From: Rhodobacterales bacterium
Lineage (GTDB): Bacteria > Pseudomonadota > Alphaproteobacteria > Rhodobacterales > Rhodobacteraceae
Direction: 5' to 3'
Length of the DNA: 62,564 nucleotides
Assembly (NCBI GenBank): GCA_031430315.1
Contig: JANPBI010000139.1
Span: 1 to 62,564 of the forward strand
Made by a program: the position numbers and the translations under genes
Notes under the pieces: model-generated
The model's input: only the letters and a program-made list of their open reading frames with translations
The model's database searches: none
Told to the model about the DNA's origin: nothing
Part shown: positions 46,346-56,100 of the stretch, in pieces
How the letters are laid out: the number at the start of each line of letters is the position of its first letter
How positions within the stretch are numbered: the first letter of the stretch is position 1

Positions 46346-47164
46346 TCAACTGTCAAGCGTCTGGCGCGGCAGGCGCAACTCGGTCGCACCCAGCGCTTCG
46401 GCCAGCCGGGTCTGGGCTGATCCTGGCTTCAGGGGTTTGGGCTGCGTGTCGTCCGGTGCCCAGCCGGTCAGACAGATGATCTCAAAGCGCGCCTTGATCC
46501 GGCCATCCGACCCCATCGCGCGTTCGGCCATCAGCTCTGCCGTCCGAGCTAGAACCTGCCGCCGGGTTGGATGGCGGATCCGCCCGGCCAGGGCGTTTCC
46601 TTCGCCCATGGCGCGCAGATCGCGCATCAGGTGCCAGGCGTCACGGTAGCCCACGGTCAAGAAGTGGCTGTCGGCAACTGGCAAGGCAAAACCCGCGCGT
46701 TGCAGCAACGCTCCAAGATCCCGGATTTCGCCCATGGGCAGGACACGCGGGGACAGCCCGCCCGTGACCTCAACCTCCGCCTCGGCCAGGGCGGTGCGCA
46801 GTGTTGCCAAGGTCTGTCCACCGAACATGACCGCCAGGAACAACCCGTCCGCACGCAGTGCCCGGCGGCATTGTACCAATTGCCCGACCGGGTCATTGCT
46901 CCAATGCAGGGCCAGCGCATGGACAACCAGGTCATGGCTATTCGGGGCGAGTGCCAGAACATCATCATCCGGCACGCATGGCCCCAAAACCGACCACACA
47001 GCCGGATTTCCCGTGACCACGACCGGGGCCGTAAAGGTTCTGTTAACCTCTTGCAGCCTTTCCTGAACATCAAGAAGCGCATGATCGTGCAGAAAGCCTG
47101 CGGTCGCGCGGTCTCGGTTGCGTGACAATGCGGCGCGATCGGTCAGAAGGGGCGGGCTTTGCAT
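46346..47164 (-). CDS. Methyltransferase-fold protein (BioC/NDUFAF5-like) with degenerate SAM motif I
   Basis: 272 aa. DLVVHALALHWSNDPVGQLVQCRRALRADGLFLAVMFG matches the post-motif-I part of class I methyltransferases. The expected GxGxG position reads VVVTGNPAV. Confidence 0.6.
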   Translation of the reverse strand: MQSPPLLTDRAALSRNRDRATAGFLHDHALLDVQERLQEVNRTFTAPVVVTGNPAVWSVLGPCVPDDDVLALAPNSHDLVVHALALHWSNDPVGQLVQCRRALRADGLFLAVMFGGQTLATLRTALAEAEVEVTGGLSPRVLPMGEIRDLGALLQRAGFALPVADSHFLTVGYRDAWHLMRDLRAMGEGNALAGRIRHPTRRQVLARTAELMAERAMGSDGRIKARFEIICLTGWAPDDTQPKPLKPGSAQTRLAEALGATELRLPRQTLDS

Positions 47165-47186
47165 ACGCGGACGATAGGATCACCAA

Positions 47187-47909
47187 ATGGGAATGCAAGC
47201 CTTGCTGCACGTGATCTATCCGCCGCAATGCCTGACCTGTGATGAACGGGTCACCAGCGATTTCGGACTGTGCGGCACCTGTTGGCGCGATACGCCTTTT
47301 GTGTCTGGGCTGGTCTGCGACACCTGCGGAACGCCCTTGCCCGGCGATGATCCGGGGCAGGCGGTCCTGTGTGACGATTGCCTTTCCTCTCCCCGTCCTT
47401 GGTCGCGGGGCCGCGCGGCACTGATCTACGACAAGAACGCCCGCGATATGGTGTTGGCGCTGAAACATGGCGATCGGCTTGACCTGGCACGCCCGGCGGC
47501 TGCCTGGCTCTTGGCAGCTGCAGCCCCAATTCTGGAACTTGATATGCTTGTCGCCCCGGTGCCGCTGCACTGGTTTCGCCTTCTGCGTCGCAAGTGCAAC
47601 CAGGCGGCGCTGCTGTCCTCGGCATTGGCCGGGATGGCAGGACTGGCGCATTGCCCCGATCTGTTGATCCGCGCACGCCACACGGGCACCCAAGATCACC
47701 GGGACCGTGCCGCCCGGATGCACAACATGAAAGGGGCGATCCGGGCGCATCCCGGTCGATCAGGCCAGATTCAGGGACGTCACGTCCTGATCGTCGACGA
47801 TGTCATGACTTCGGGCGCGACATTCACCGCTGCAACCGAGGCCTGTCTTGCCGCAGGGGCGCGGGCGGTGTCCGTCCTGTCGCTGGCCCGGGTGACGCGC
47901 CAGGATTGA
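47187..47909 (+). CDS. ComF family protein (double zinc ribbon plus phosphoribosyltransferase domain)
   Basis: 240 aa. Cys pairs CLTC, CGTC, CDTC and CDDC, plus a PRT motif VLIVDDVMTSGAT. Confidence 0.8.
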   Translation: MGMQALLHVIYPPQCLTCDERVTSDFGLCGTCWRDTPFVSGLVCDTCGTPLPGDDPGQAVLCDDCLSSPRPWSRGRAALIYDKNARDMVLALKHGDRLDLARPAAAWLLAAAAPILELDMLVAPVPLHWFRLLRRKCNQAALLSSALAGMAGLAHCPDLLIRARHTGTQDHRDRAARMHNMKGAIRAHPGRSGQIQGRHVLIVDDVMTSGATFTAATEACLAAGARAVSVLSLARVTRQD

Positions 47910-48000
47910 TCCGGAACGACCATGCATCCCCCACGTGGACCGACGCGTTGCACCTGCGCTGCAAAGGCCTATACTTTGTGCCATACTAAGGATGCGCGTG

Positions 48001-48255
48001 ATGAAAACCGTTGAAATCTACACCACACAAACCTGCCCCTATTGCCTTGCCGCTAAACGGCTTTTGGGCAAAAAGGGTGCCAATTTTACCGAGATTGATG
48101 TGGGTGCTGACCCGACCCTGCGGACTGCCATGACCGAACGCGCCGCTGGTCGGCGGTCGGTGCCGCAGATCTTCATCGGCGGGCGGCATGTCGGCGGTTG
48201 CGATGACCTGCATGCGCTGGACGATGCGGGCAAGCTTGATGCGATGCTGGCCTGA
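48001..48255 (+). CDS. grxC: Glutaredoxin 3
   Basis: 84 aa from the ATG at 48001. CPYC active site, SVPQIFIGGRHVGGCDD. Confidence 0.9.
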   Translation: MKTVEIYTTQTCPYCLAAKRLLGKKGANFTEIDVGADPTLRTAMTERAAGRRSVPQIFIGGRHVGGCDDLHALDDAGKLDAMLA

Positions 48256-48260
48256 CCTGG

Positions 48261-49091
48261 ATGCGTGTCGGTCTGGTCCAGCTGTCGGTAACGGATGACC
48301 CCGAAGCCAACCTGCCGGGGACGCTGGCGCTGGTCCGCGCAGCAGCAAAAGGGGGTGCGGGCTTTGTGCTGACCCCGGAATGCACCAACGCCCTGTCGTC
48401 CAACCGGATGCACCAAAAAACCGTCCTGCAGGCTGAGGCAGAGGACAGAACACTGGCTGCCCTTCGGGCCGAGGCAGCTGCTTTACGGATATGGCTGCTG
48501 GTCGGCTCGCTTGGCATCGTCACCGGCGATGCCGATGGCCGATTTGCCAACCGATCCTTCTTGGTTGCTCCAGACGGCACCATCGCCGCCCGCTATGACA
48601 AGATCCACATGTTCGACGTGAACGTCTCCGAAACCGAAATCTACCGCGAATCGGCCGGTTATCGTCCTGGGTCCAAGGCCGTCATTGCCCGGACTCCATT
48701 CGCCGCAATTGGCATGACGGTCTGCTATGACCTTCGTTTTGCGGCGCTTTACCGACGGCTGGCACAATCGGGTGCGCAGCTCCTGACCGTGCCTGCGGCC
48801 TTTAACCACGTCACAGGTGCCGCACATTGGGAACCCCTGCTGCGCGCCCGAGCGATCGAGACCGGGTGTTTTGTTCTGGCCCCGGCACAAACCGGATTTC
48901 ACCCGGAATCCGCTGGAAAAGGTCGTCATACCCACGGCCATTCGCTTGTTGTGGACCCCTGGGGACAGATCCTTGCCGATGGCGGCACGGAACCCGGGGT
49001 CACCTTTGCCGACCTAGACCTGGATGCCGTGACCCGCGCCCGTGCCCGTATCCCATCCTTGTCGCATGACCGGGCATTCGACGGACCATGA
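48261..49091 (+). CDS. Carbon-nitrogen hydrolase family protein (nitrilase/amidase superfamily)
   Basis: 276 aa. Candidate Glu-Lys-Cys triad in LTPEC, YDKIHMF and GMTVCYDLRF. Confidence 0.85.
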   Translation: MRVGLVQLSVTDDPEANLPGTLALVRAAAKGGAGFVLTPECTNALSSNRMHQKTVLQAEAEDRTLAALRAEAAALRIWLLVGSLGIVTGDADGRFANRSFLVAPDGTIAARYDKIHMFDVNVSETEIYRESAGYRPGSKAVIARTPFAAIGMTVCYDLRFAALYRRLAQSGAQLLTVPAAFNHVTGAAHWEPLLRARAIETGCFVLAPAQTGFHPESAGKGRHTHGHSLVVDPWGQILADGGTEPGVTFADLDLDAVTRARARIPSLSHDRAFDGP

Positions 49092-49531
49092 GCGAACGCA
49101 ACGACGACCTGGCTATAACGCTGTTCAGCGAGTTGTTCATGGCCGATCAGCTTGCCCGCAACCGGATCTCCAAGGCCCTTCCCAAGGGGATGGAGCTGTC
49201 GCATTTTTCGGTCCTGAACCACCTTGCGCGGGCAGGCGAGGAAAAGACGCCTGCGCAGCTTGCCCGCGTCTTTCACGTCACGCGCGGTGCGATGACCAAC
49301 ACCATCTCGCGTCTTGAATGGGCGGGCCATGTGCATATCCGCCCGGACTGGGATGATGCGCGGCGGAAATTCGTGTCGATCAGCCCATCGGGGCGCGCGG
49401 CCCGAGATGCCGCCGTACAATCCGTGGCACCCGTGATCGGCATGGTTGTGCAGTCGCTGGGCGCCGAAAATGTGCGCGCGGTTCTGCCCGTCCTTCGGGC
49501 CATGCGCACGAAGTTCGAAGAAGAAAGTTGA
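49088..49531 (+). CDS. MarR family transcriptional regulator
   Basis: 147 aa with a winged HTH: LSHFSVLNHLARAGEEKTPAQLARVFHVTRGAMTNTISRLEWAGHV. Overlaps the upstream stop (ATGA). Confidence 0.8.
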   Translation: MSERNDDLAITLFSELFMADQLARNRISKALPKGMELSHFSVLNHLARAGEEKTPAQLARVFHVTRGAMTNTISRLEWAGHVHIRPDWDDARRKFVSISPSGRAARDAAVQSVAPVIGMVVQSLGAENVRAVLPVLRAMRTKFEEES

Positions 49532-49629
49532 GCCCGCTTTTCCCGGCCTTCATTAGGGGAAAATTGCCAAATACGGGCCTAACCTTGTCGTGACGCGCGG
49601 GCGTTTCGCTCGCCGCCCGGGACAAAACG

Positions 49630-50484
49630 ATGACCCAACTTTTGGTCGATGACCATGCTCCCGTGATCGTGACCGGATCAACCGGTCGGATCGGCAGGAT
49701 CCTGCGCTGCGTCTGGGATAGGAAGCCGGGCCCGGACATTGTCTGGGCGTCGCGGCAACTTGGCCTTTGGCCGGATCTGTTGCATGGCCCTCTTACGCCC
49801 TGCCCCCGGGACGCAATCATTCTTCATCTGGCGGCGGACTTGTCTCCCGGCCCTGCCGCCGCCGCTCGCAGCATTGCGATGGCAAAGGCCGTTGCTGGTG
49901 CGGCCTGTCGAGGTCAGGCGAGGCACATCTTTCTGGCATCCAGTGCGGCAGTTTACGGGTCATCGGACAAAGACCTGTCCGAGGCATCGGAATGTCGCCC
50001 GGCGGGGGAATATGGCCGGGCAAAGCTGTTGGCGGAACAGGTCTGCAAGGATGCCGCCGGGCAGGTCCCGATGACGGTGCTGCGAATCGGCAATGTGGTC
50101 GGGGCGGACGCCCTGATCGGGGGGTCACGTCCGGGCCGTAAGGTCTGGTTGGACCCGGTGCCAGGTCGGTCTGGCGGACCCCTGCGGTCCTGGATCGGGC
50201 CACAGGGTCTTGCTTGGGTCCTGACAACACTTGTCAGGCTGGCCCAGCAAGGCCAGCCGTTGCCACCGGTGTTGAACCTGGCCGCAAGGGAACCCTTTGC
50301 GATGGCAGATATGCTGGCGGCAGCGGGCCTGGACTGGGACTACGGCCCAACGAACCCGCAAACCTTGGCGAGGGTAACATTGGACACAGGCCGCCTTGCG
50401 AAGCTGATTTCCCTCCGACCGACCACTCCAGACTGTCTGATCCGGGACTGGCGGCGGGCTTCTGGCGGGGTAGAAGTCTCGTGA
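49630..50484 (+). CDS. NAD-dependent epimerase/reductase (extended SDR)
   Basis: 284 aa. Rossmann VIVTGSTGRIGRIL and catalytic S...YGRAK (ASSAAVYG, EYGRAKLLAE). Confidence 0.75.
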   Translation: MTQLLVDDHAPVIVTGSTGRIGRILRCVWDRKPGPDIVWASRQLGLWPDLLHGPLTPCPRDAIILHLAADLSPGPAAAARSIAMAKAVAGAACRGQARHIFLASSAAVYGSSDKDLSEASECRPAGEYGRAKLLAEQVCKDAAGQVPMTVLRIGNVVGADALIGGSRPGRKVWLDPVPGRSGGPLRSWIGPQGLAWVLTTLVRLAQQGQPLPPVLNLAAREPFAMADMLAAAGLDWDYGPTNPQTLARVTLDTGRLAKLISLRPTTPDCLIRDWRRASGGVEVS

Positions 50485-53147
50485 CTTGGTCAAGGCGCGC
50501 CCTTGATCTAGTCGTTGCGGGACTAGCGGCACTGATCCTGGCAGTACCGTTCGGCGTCATCCTGATCTTGCAGGCCATCCTCATGGGGCGGCCGATCTTT
50601 TACGCCAGTGAACGGATGAAAAGCCCGCAACACGCCTTTGTGCTTTGGAAACTTCGCAGCATGCGGCCTGATGTCGCCAATCAACAGGGGGTGTCAGGGG
50701 GCGACAAGGTTGATCGCATCCCGCCCTGGGGCCGATTCCTGCGCGCATCGCGACTGGATGAGGTGCCGCAGCTTTGGAACATCCTGCGCGGCGACATGAC
50801 GCTAGTCGGACCGCGCCCGCCCTTGCGAATGTATGTCGATCGTTTTCCCCAACATTACGCCCAGGTGCTGCGCGCGCGTCCCGGCTTGACCGGGCTTGCC
50901 ACTTTGGCACTGCACCGATGGGAAACGCGACTTCTGGTGAACTGCAAGACTGCCGCAGAAACTGACGCAGTCTATGCGCGCCGTTGCATTCCGCGCAAAG
51001 CCCACATTGACGCACTGTACCAGCGGCATGCCTGCTTGCGGCTTGACATGGCGATCCTGTTCTGGACGGTTCGGTCGCTGTTGTATTGCAGGAAGGGCCG
51101 ACCTCGGCGGCAGGTTTCGCCCTGGTTGACATGGGGGCTGCAACCCTCAGCTTTCCTGCATTCTGCCATTTGGGCAATCCGGCCTTCACTAGGTAGAATT
51201 GCTGCCTGGACGGGCCGCATTTCCATAAAGAGGATTGCCGCAGCGGTCCAGGCGCTGCGTGATCGCCAGAAACGAGCGATCCTCGCCATCGCGGACGGAG
51301 TATTGGGTGGGGCGATTTACGGTGTCCTGCATCCTGATCAGGTCTGGACAGGTCCAGACCTCGCCTTGGTAACGGTATCAGCGGTTACCCTTTGCATCCT
51401 GTCTGCAGGAACTGGCCTAAACGGCGCAAAGCTAAACACGTTCCTGCACAACGGTGTGCCGCGCTGCGCTGCGGCGGCCTTGACCTTTGGTGGCATCCTG
51501 GCGGTCACACAGCACATGTCAGGCTATCCGGTGTCGGCACATTTTGCCGCGCTGACATCACTTTTAGCCTTTGGCGGCATTGTTCTGTCGCGGGCGCTGA
51601 CTTTGCAGCTGTTGCTGTGGTTGTTGCGATATCGCCAGCAACCGGTGCGGGTTCTGGTTTATGGCGCGGGCAATACCGGCCAACAGTTGGTCGACGCCCT
51701 GCGCACGCATGAGACCATCGTTCCCATCGCCTTTGTGGATGACAATCCCGAGCTGCACGGGTCAACCGTCGCGGGTCTGAAGGTCCACCCGACGTCGTCC
51801 CTTGCGGACCTTGCCCGAAAACTGCGGGTGGATCGCGTGCTTTTGGCGATGCCTTCCCAACCCGCGTCCAAACTAATGCGTTTGACCTGGCGTATCCACG
51901 CTGCAGGCCTTGATGCCCATGCCCTGCCGTCCTTTGCCCAGCTTGCCGGGGCTGAACCTTTGTGTGATCAGCTTTCCCCCATCACCCCGGATATGGTCCT
52001 GGGTCGTACCGAGCTGGCCTGGGATCTTGACAGCCGCACCGATGCCTATCGGGGTCGGTCGGTCATGGTGACCGGGGCTGGTGGGTCGGTCGGGTCGGCC
52101 CTTTGTCATCAGATCCTGACCCTTGGCCCGGCCCGGCTGATCCTGTTCGAGATGAGTGAGCTTGCGCTTTACACCATCCACCGAGCCCTTACCGCCCTGC
52201 CGCAAGCAATAGATGTGCAGATTGTTCCGGTCCTTGGGTCCGCTGCCGATCCGCGACTGGTTCGGTCCACACTGCTGCATCATGACGTACAGATCGTCTT
52301 TCATGCTGCCGCCTACAAGCATGTCCCATTGGTCGAAGCGAACCCGATTGCGGGCCTTGCCAACAATGTTCTGGGGACCCGCGTTCTGGCCCAGGCAGCA
52401 CTTGATGCGCAGGTCGAACGCTTTATCCTGATTTCGTCCGACAAGGCCGTGCGTCCGACCAACGTCATGGGCGCGTCCAAGCGGCTGGCGGAACTGGTCG
52501 TGCAGGATTTGGCGAAACGATCCGGGGGCACCGAATTTGCGGTCGTACGGTTCGGCAACGTGATGGGGTCATCGGGGTCGGTCATTCCGCTCTTTCGCGA
52601 CCAGATCGCTGCGGGGGGGCCGATCACCCTGACGCATGAGGACGTGACACGCTATTTCATGACCCTGTCCGAGGCGGCACAGCTTGTTCTGTTCGCGGGA
52701 TCAATGGACGACGCCGAGCGTCAGGGGGACAGCGTCTTTGTCCTGGACATGGGGGACCCTATCCGCATCCGCGACCTTGCCGCCCAGATGGTTTCCGCCG
52801 CAGGACTGACAGTGCGCGACGCGGCCCACCCCGAGGGAGAGATCGAAATTCGCGTGACAGGCCTGCGTCCGGGTGAAAAGCTGCACGAAGAACTGTTGAT
52901 TTCGCAAGGCATGGTCACGACCCTGCACCCGAAAATTCTGCGTGCGACAGAGCCGTCTTTGTCGCCGCTGGAATTGGCCGGAACACTGCAGGCCCTGCAA
53001 CGGGCGATTGCGGCGGGCGATGCCGACTTGGCACGTTTGGTGGTACAGGCCGCGACCCATACGCGCGAAGAACAAAGGGCGATGCCGCTCCACGTCCTGC
53101 AAAGGTCGGTCGGCACCCAGCGGTCCACCTCAGCGGTCGCCGGATAG
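50481..53147 (+). CDS. Fusion protein: monotopic phosphoglycosyl transferase (Bac_transf) plus membrane-anchored PglF/WbpM/CapD-type UDP-sugar 4,6-dehydratase
   Basis: 888 codons in one frame from a GTG overlapping the upstream TGA (GTGA). PGT part: LDLVVAGLAALILAVPFGVILIL, RLDEVPQLWNIL and LVGPRPP. Dehydratase part: hydrophobic segments, VLVYGAGNTGQQL, VMVTGAGGSVGSAL, AAAYKHVP and SSDKAVRPTNVMGASKRLAE. The ORF-track start at 50214 lies inside the SDR gene. Confidence 0.85.
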   Translation: MTWSRRALDLVVAGLAALILAVPFGVILILQAILMGRPIFYASERMKSPQHAFVLWKLRSMRPDVANQQGVSGGDKVDRIPPWGRFLRASRLDEVPQLWNILRGDMTLVGPRPPLRMYVDRFPQHYAQVLRARPGLTGLATLALHRWETRLLVNCKTAAETDAVYARRCIPRKAHIDALYQRHACLRLDMAILFWTVRSLLYCRKGRPRRQVSPWLTWGLQPSAFLHSAIWAIRPSLGRIAAWTGRISIKRIAAAVQALRDRQKRAILAIADGVLGGAIYGVLHPDQVWTGPDLALVTVSAVTLCILSAGTGLNGAKLNTFLHNGVPRCAAAALTFGGILAVTQHMSGYPVSAHFAALTSLLAFGGIVLSRALTLQLLLWLLRYRQQPVRVLVYGAGNTGQQLVDALRTHETIVPIAFVDDNPELHGSTVAGLKVHPTSSLADLARKLRVDRVLLAMPSQPASKLMRLTWRIHAAGLDAHALPSFAQLAGAEPLCDQLSPITPDMVLGRTELAWDLDSRTDAYRGRSVMVTGAGGSVGSALCHQILTLGPARLILFEMSELALYTIHRALTALPQAIDVQIVPVLGSAADPRLVRSTLLHHDVQIVFHAAAYKHVPLVEANPIAGLANNVLGTRVLAQAALDAQVERFILISSDKAVRPTNVMGASKRLAELVVQDLAKRSGGTEFAVVRFGNVMGSSGSVIPLFRDQIAAGGPITLTHEDVTRYFMTLSEAAQLVLFAGSMDDAERQGDSVFVLDMGDPIRIRDLAAQMVSAAGLTVRDAAHPEGEIEIRVTGLRPGEKLHEELLISQGMVTTLHPKILRATEPSLSPLELAGTLQALQRAIAAGDADLARLVVQAATHTREEQRAMPLHVLQRSVGTQRSTSAVAG

Positions 53148-53149
53148 GG

Positions 53150-56100
53150 TCAGTAGTCCTTCTCGACAAAAACGCCCAACCCTGTCTGGCCATCCTCGCC
53201 GACGCGCCCGGTGACTGTGATCCCGGGTCGGACATCAAGGTTCAGGTTGATCTCGCTTTTGCCATCCTGGCCGATCTCGACCTCGGTATAGACATTCTCG
53301 CTGATATACTTTCCTGCGCGCAAAACGGTCGACCCGGTCGCGTCCGTTGTCACATCGAAATCATCTAGCCCGAACGATTTGCGCAACCGGCCAACAATCC
53401 CGTCGCCGCCCCGGCCTGCCAATGTGGCAACAGCATTCGCCAGCTGTGCCGCCTGCAGGACCGAGATGTTTTGCAAACCACGGCCAAACAACAGTCTGGC
53501 CAGAACTTCCTCTTGTGGCAATTCCGGGCTGGACGAGAACGAGACCACCGGATCGCCCGCAGGCCCATCGATTCTGACAGTGCTGGTGATCCCGTCGCTT
53601 TGGTTGCTGGCGGCAATGGACAAGTCTGGAACAAAATCACCGCGTAGCTGCAGACTGGCCTCGGATAAGGTCAACCGCTTGCCCAAGATATCAAGCCGCC
53701 CCCGGATGAGTGAAAACTGGCCGGAGGGGATCACATTCGCCGTCGTCCCACCCAGTCGCAATCGCCCGCTCAGCTCTGCATCCAGGCCTCGGCCGCGGAT
53801 AAAGAGCCTGCTGGGTGCGACCAGTTCGACGTCGATGCCATAGACCGGTCCACCGGACGATGCAGCCGTCCCGGTCCCCGCACCGGACGATCCGAAAAGG
53901 CCGGCGCGCCGCCGGGTTTCGCGCACTGCACTGACATCCCCGATATGCTGGACCTCGGGCAAGGTGCCCAGGCTGCCAAGCCCGCTGGACGGAATGCGGA
54001 TTTCTGCGGTCGGAATGTCGATCCGCCCTGTCAGCCGCGCACCCCCGGCAAGTGGCCCCGCAAGACGCAGACTGCCTGAGGTTTCTGCTTCGAACAGGTC
54101 TGGGTTTCGCAGTTTCGCCCGGTCGAGGGTGATCACGATGTCTGCGTTATTCGGTTCAACTAAACCAATGTCGCCCTTGGCGGACACACGGCCACCCGTC
54201 GCCAACGCGCCGCCAACGGTCAGGTTCGCCCTGCCGCCCGAAATGTCTGCCAACAGATCAAGGTCGCGCAGGCTGACACCCAGTTCCACATCGCTGAACC
54301 GTGCCCCCTGCACAGACACCCGCCCGGCAAGAGAGCCAAGCTGCAGGGGACCCGCCAGCCGCAAGTCGAACGCGACCGGGCCACTGATTGCCCGAGGCCG
54401 CAAAAAGACGTTCGCCAGGCCGGACTGCGCCGTTCCCGTCAGACGCAGGTCGCCCGAACCGCCGCCTTGTGCCAGCCTGCCGGACAAGGCCGCGTCGATT
54501 TGCCCCGGACCCTTGCCGCGCAGGTCCAGCTGAAAACCGTCGCCACTGTCAGCCGCGGTGCCTGACAGCGTTACTGGTCCTGGGAAATCTGGCAGCAACA
54601 AACCCAGATTGGCCAGGCGTGCCTGCAGCGTCAGCGCACGGTTGCCGCCATCGATCCGCCCTGAGGCAGAGGCGCTCACTTGCGGATTTTCAATCCGGGC
54701 CGCCGTCAGCATCACGACCCGGTCTTTGACCTCCAGTTCCGCTGTGATGGTGCTGTTGCCCGAAAGCAGCCCGTCCAGTTCGGTTTGTCCCAACGCAAGG
54801 CCCTTTCCCGTGCCGGAAAGCTGCAGGCGGCCGTTCTGTGATGTTCCCGCAAAATCGGCGTCGAGGGTCAACGCGCCGCGATAGGCCGCATCCAGCGCCG
54901 CGATATCGCGAAAATCAACGCGCGCCGTGAGATTGCTTTGCGTCGATGAAAGCTGGCCTTTTGCCGTCGCAGTCAGGCTTGCCGCCGCCACGGTCAGATC
55001 CCGCAGCTTGGTGCCCGTTACATCCCGTCTGGCGGATAGTTTGACCTTGGCGCCATTGGCAATGAGGCGGTCGATTTCGGTCTGGCCAATCCCCAATGAC
55101 GTCCCATCGATCTCGGCAGTGAGGTCAAAGGATCCGGCAAGGGGGCTGCCTTCGCCCGTCATGTCGATCCGCGCCGCGCCGCGCAATTCCCGACCGGCAA
55201 GGCCCGATAGCCGCGCCAAGTCCTCGACGTCGGCGCTGGAGGTCCCGGTCAATGTCAATCCGGTATCCAGCCCACCGATGCGGCCATTGGCGTCCAGTTC
55301 GTAGCCCTGGCCAACCAAACTTAGTCGCGTCACATCCAGATAATCGTGCCGTTCCAACAGTTGCGCCGAAACCTCGCCCGACAGTGTGGTCCCCAGCGCG
55401 CGGGCAAGTGCTGGATCGGTTGGTGCCGCGTCGGTGGCAGAGAACTGCACCTCCGCCGTAAACAGCTTTCCGGTATCACCCGGCGCGATCGTACCGGTGG
55501 CGTTCAGCGCTAGGTTGCCGATGGTGATGTCTTGCCGCTGTAGATCGGTAACGTCGGATTGCAGACGCCAGTTGTCACCCTTTGCCGCATCATACGCCAG
55601 ATTCAATGTTGCGCGCGTGATCCTGGTCTTGTCCGCGCCCGGCAGGGGCAGCAACACAGGTGACCCGTCTGGCAGGGCGATATCGCCATTCAGCTCCAAT
55701 TGCAGAGGCTGACCGTCCGCCGCAATCGACATCTGGCCACCAAGGCGCATCGCTTCGGTTGCAAAAGACAGCCGATCCAACACCAACGCCCCGGAGTTTG
55801 CCCGGACGCCATCGGCGGTCAGCTGCACCGAATCCCCGAAAAACGCTGCATATTCAGGGGTCAAGAGGGGGGCAAAATTGCCCGACAAATCTGTCGAAAA
55901 CCGGGTGCCACCCGCGCCTTCGCCGCGCAAGGTAAACTGCCCAGTGACCCGGTCCGTCGCATCTGTCTTCAGCGCCACAGTCGCAGTGAAATCATCCGTC
56001 GGTCCCGCGCCTTTGACCGTCAGGTCAACCGATGGCTGCCCGGGCAGACCCAGAACGGTACTGGCAATGCCGCCTGCCGATTCACTGACGGACAGATCTA

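Noticed and set aside
50214-50480. ORF-track N-terminal extension of the PGT-dehydratase ORF (start 50214, 977 aa)
   Set aside because: The extra 89 codons lie out of frame inside the SDR gene and are Gly/Pro/Arg-rich. An in-frame GTG at 50481 overlapping the SDR stop gives a sensible PGT N-terminus. Similar extensions were trimmed at 15626, 16461, 23835, 24549, 26616, 34900, 35942, 36454, 37833, 44035, 44071, 47935, 59992 and 60093.
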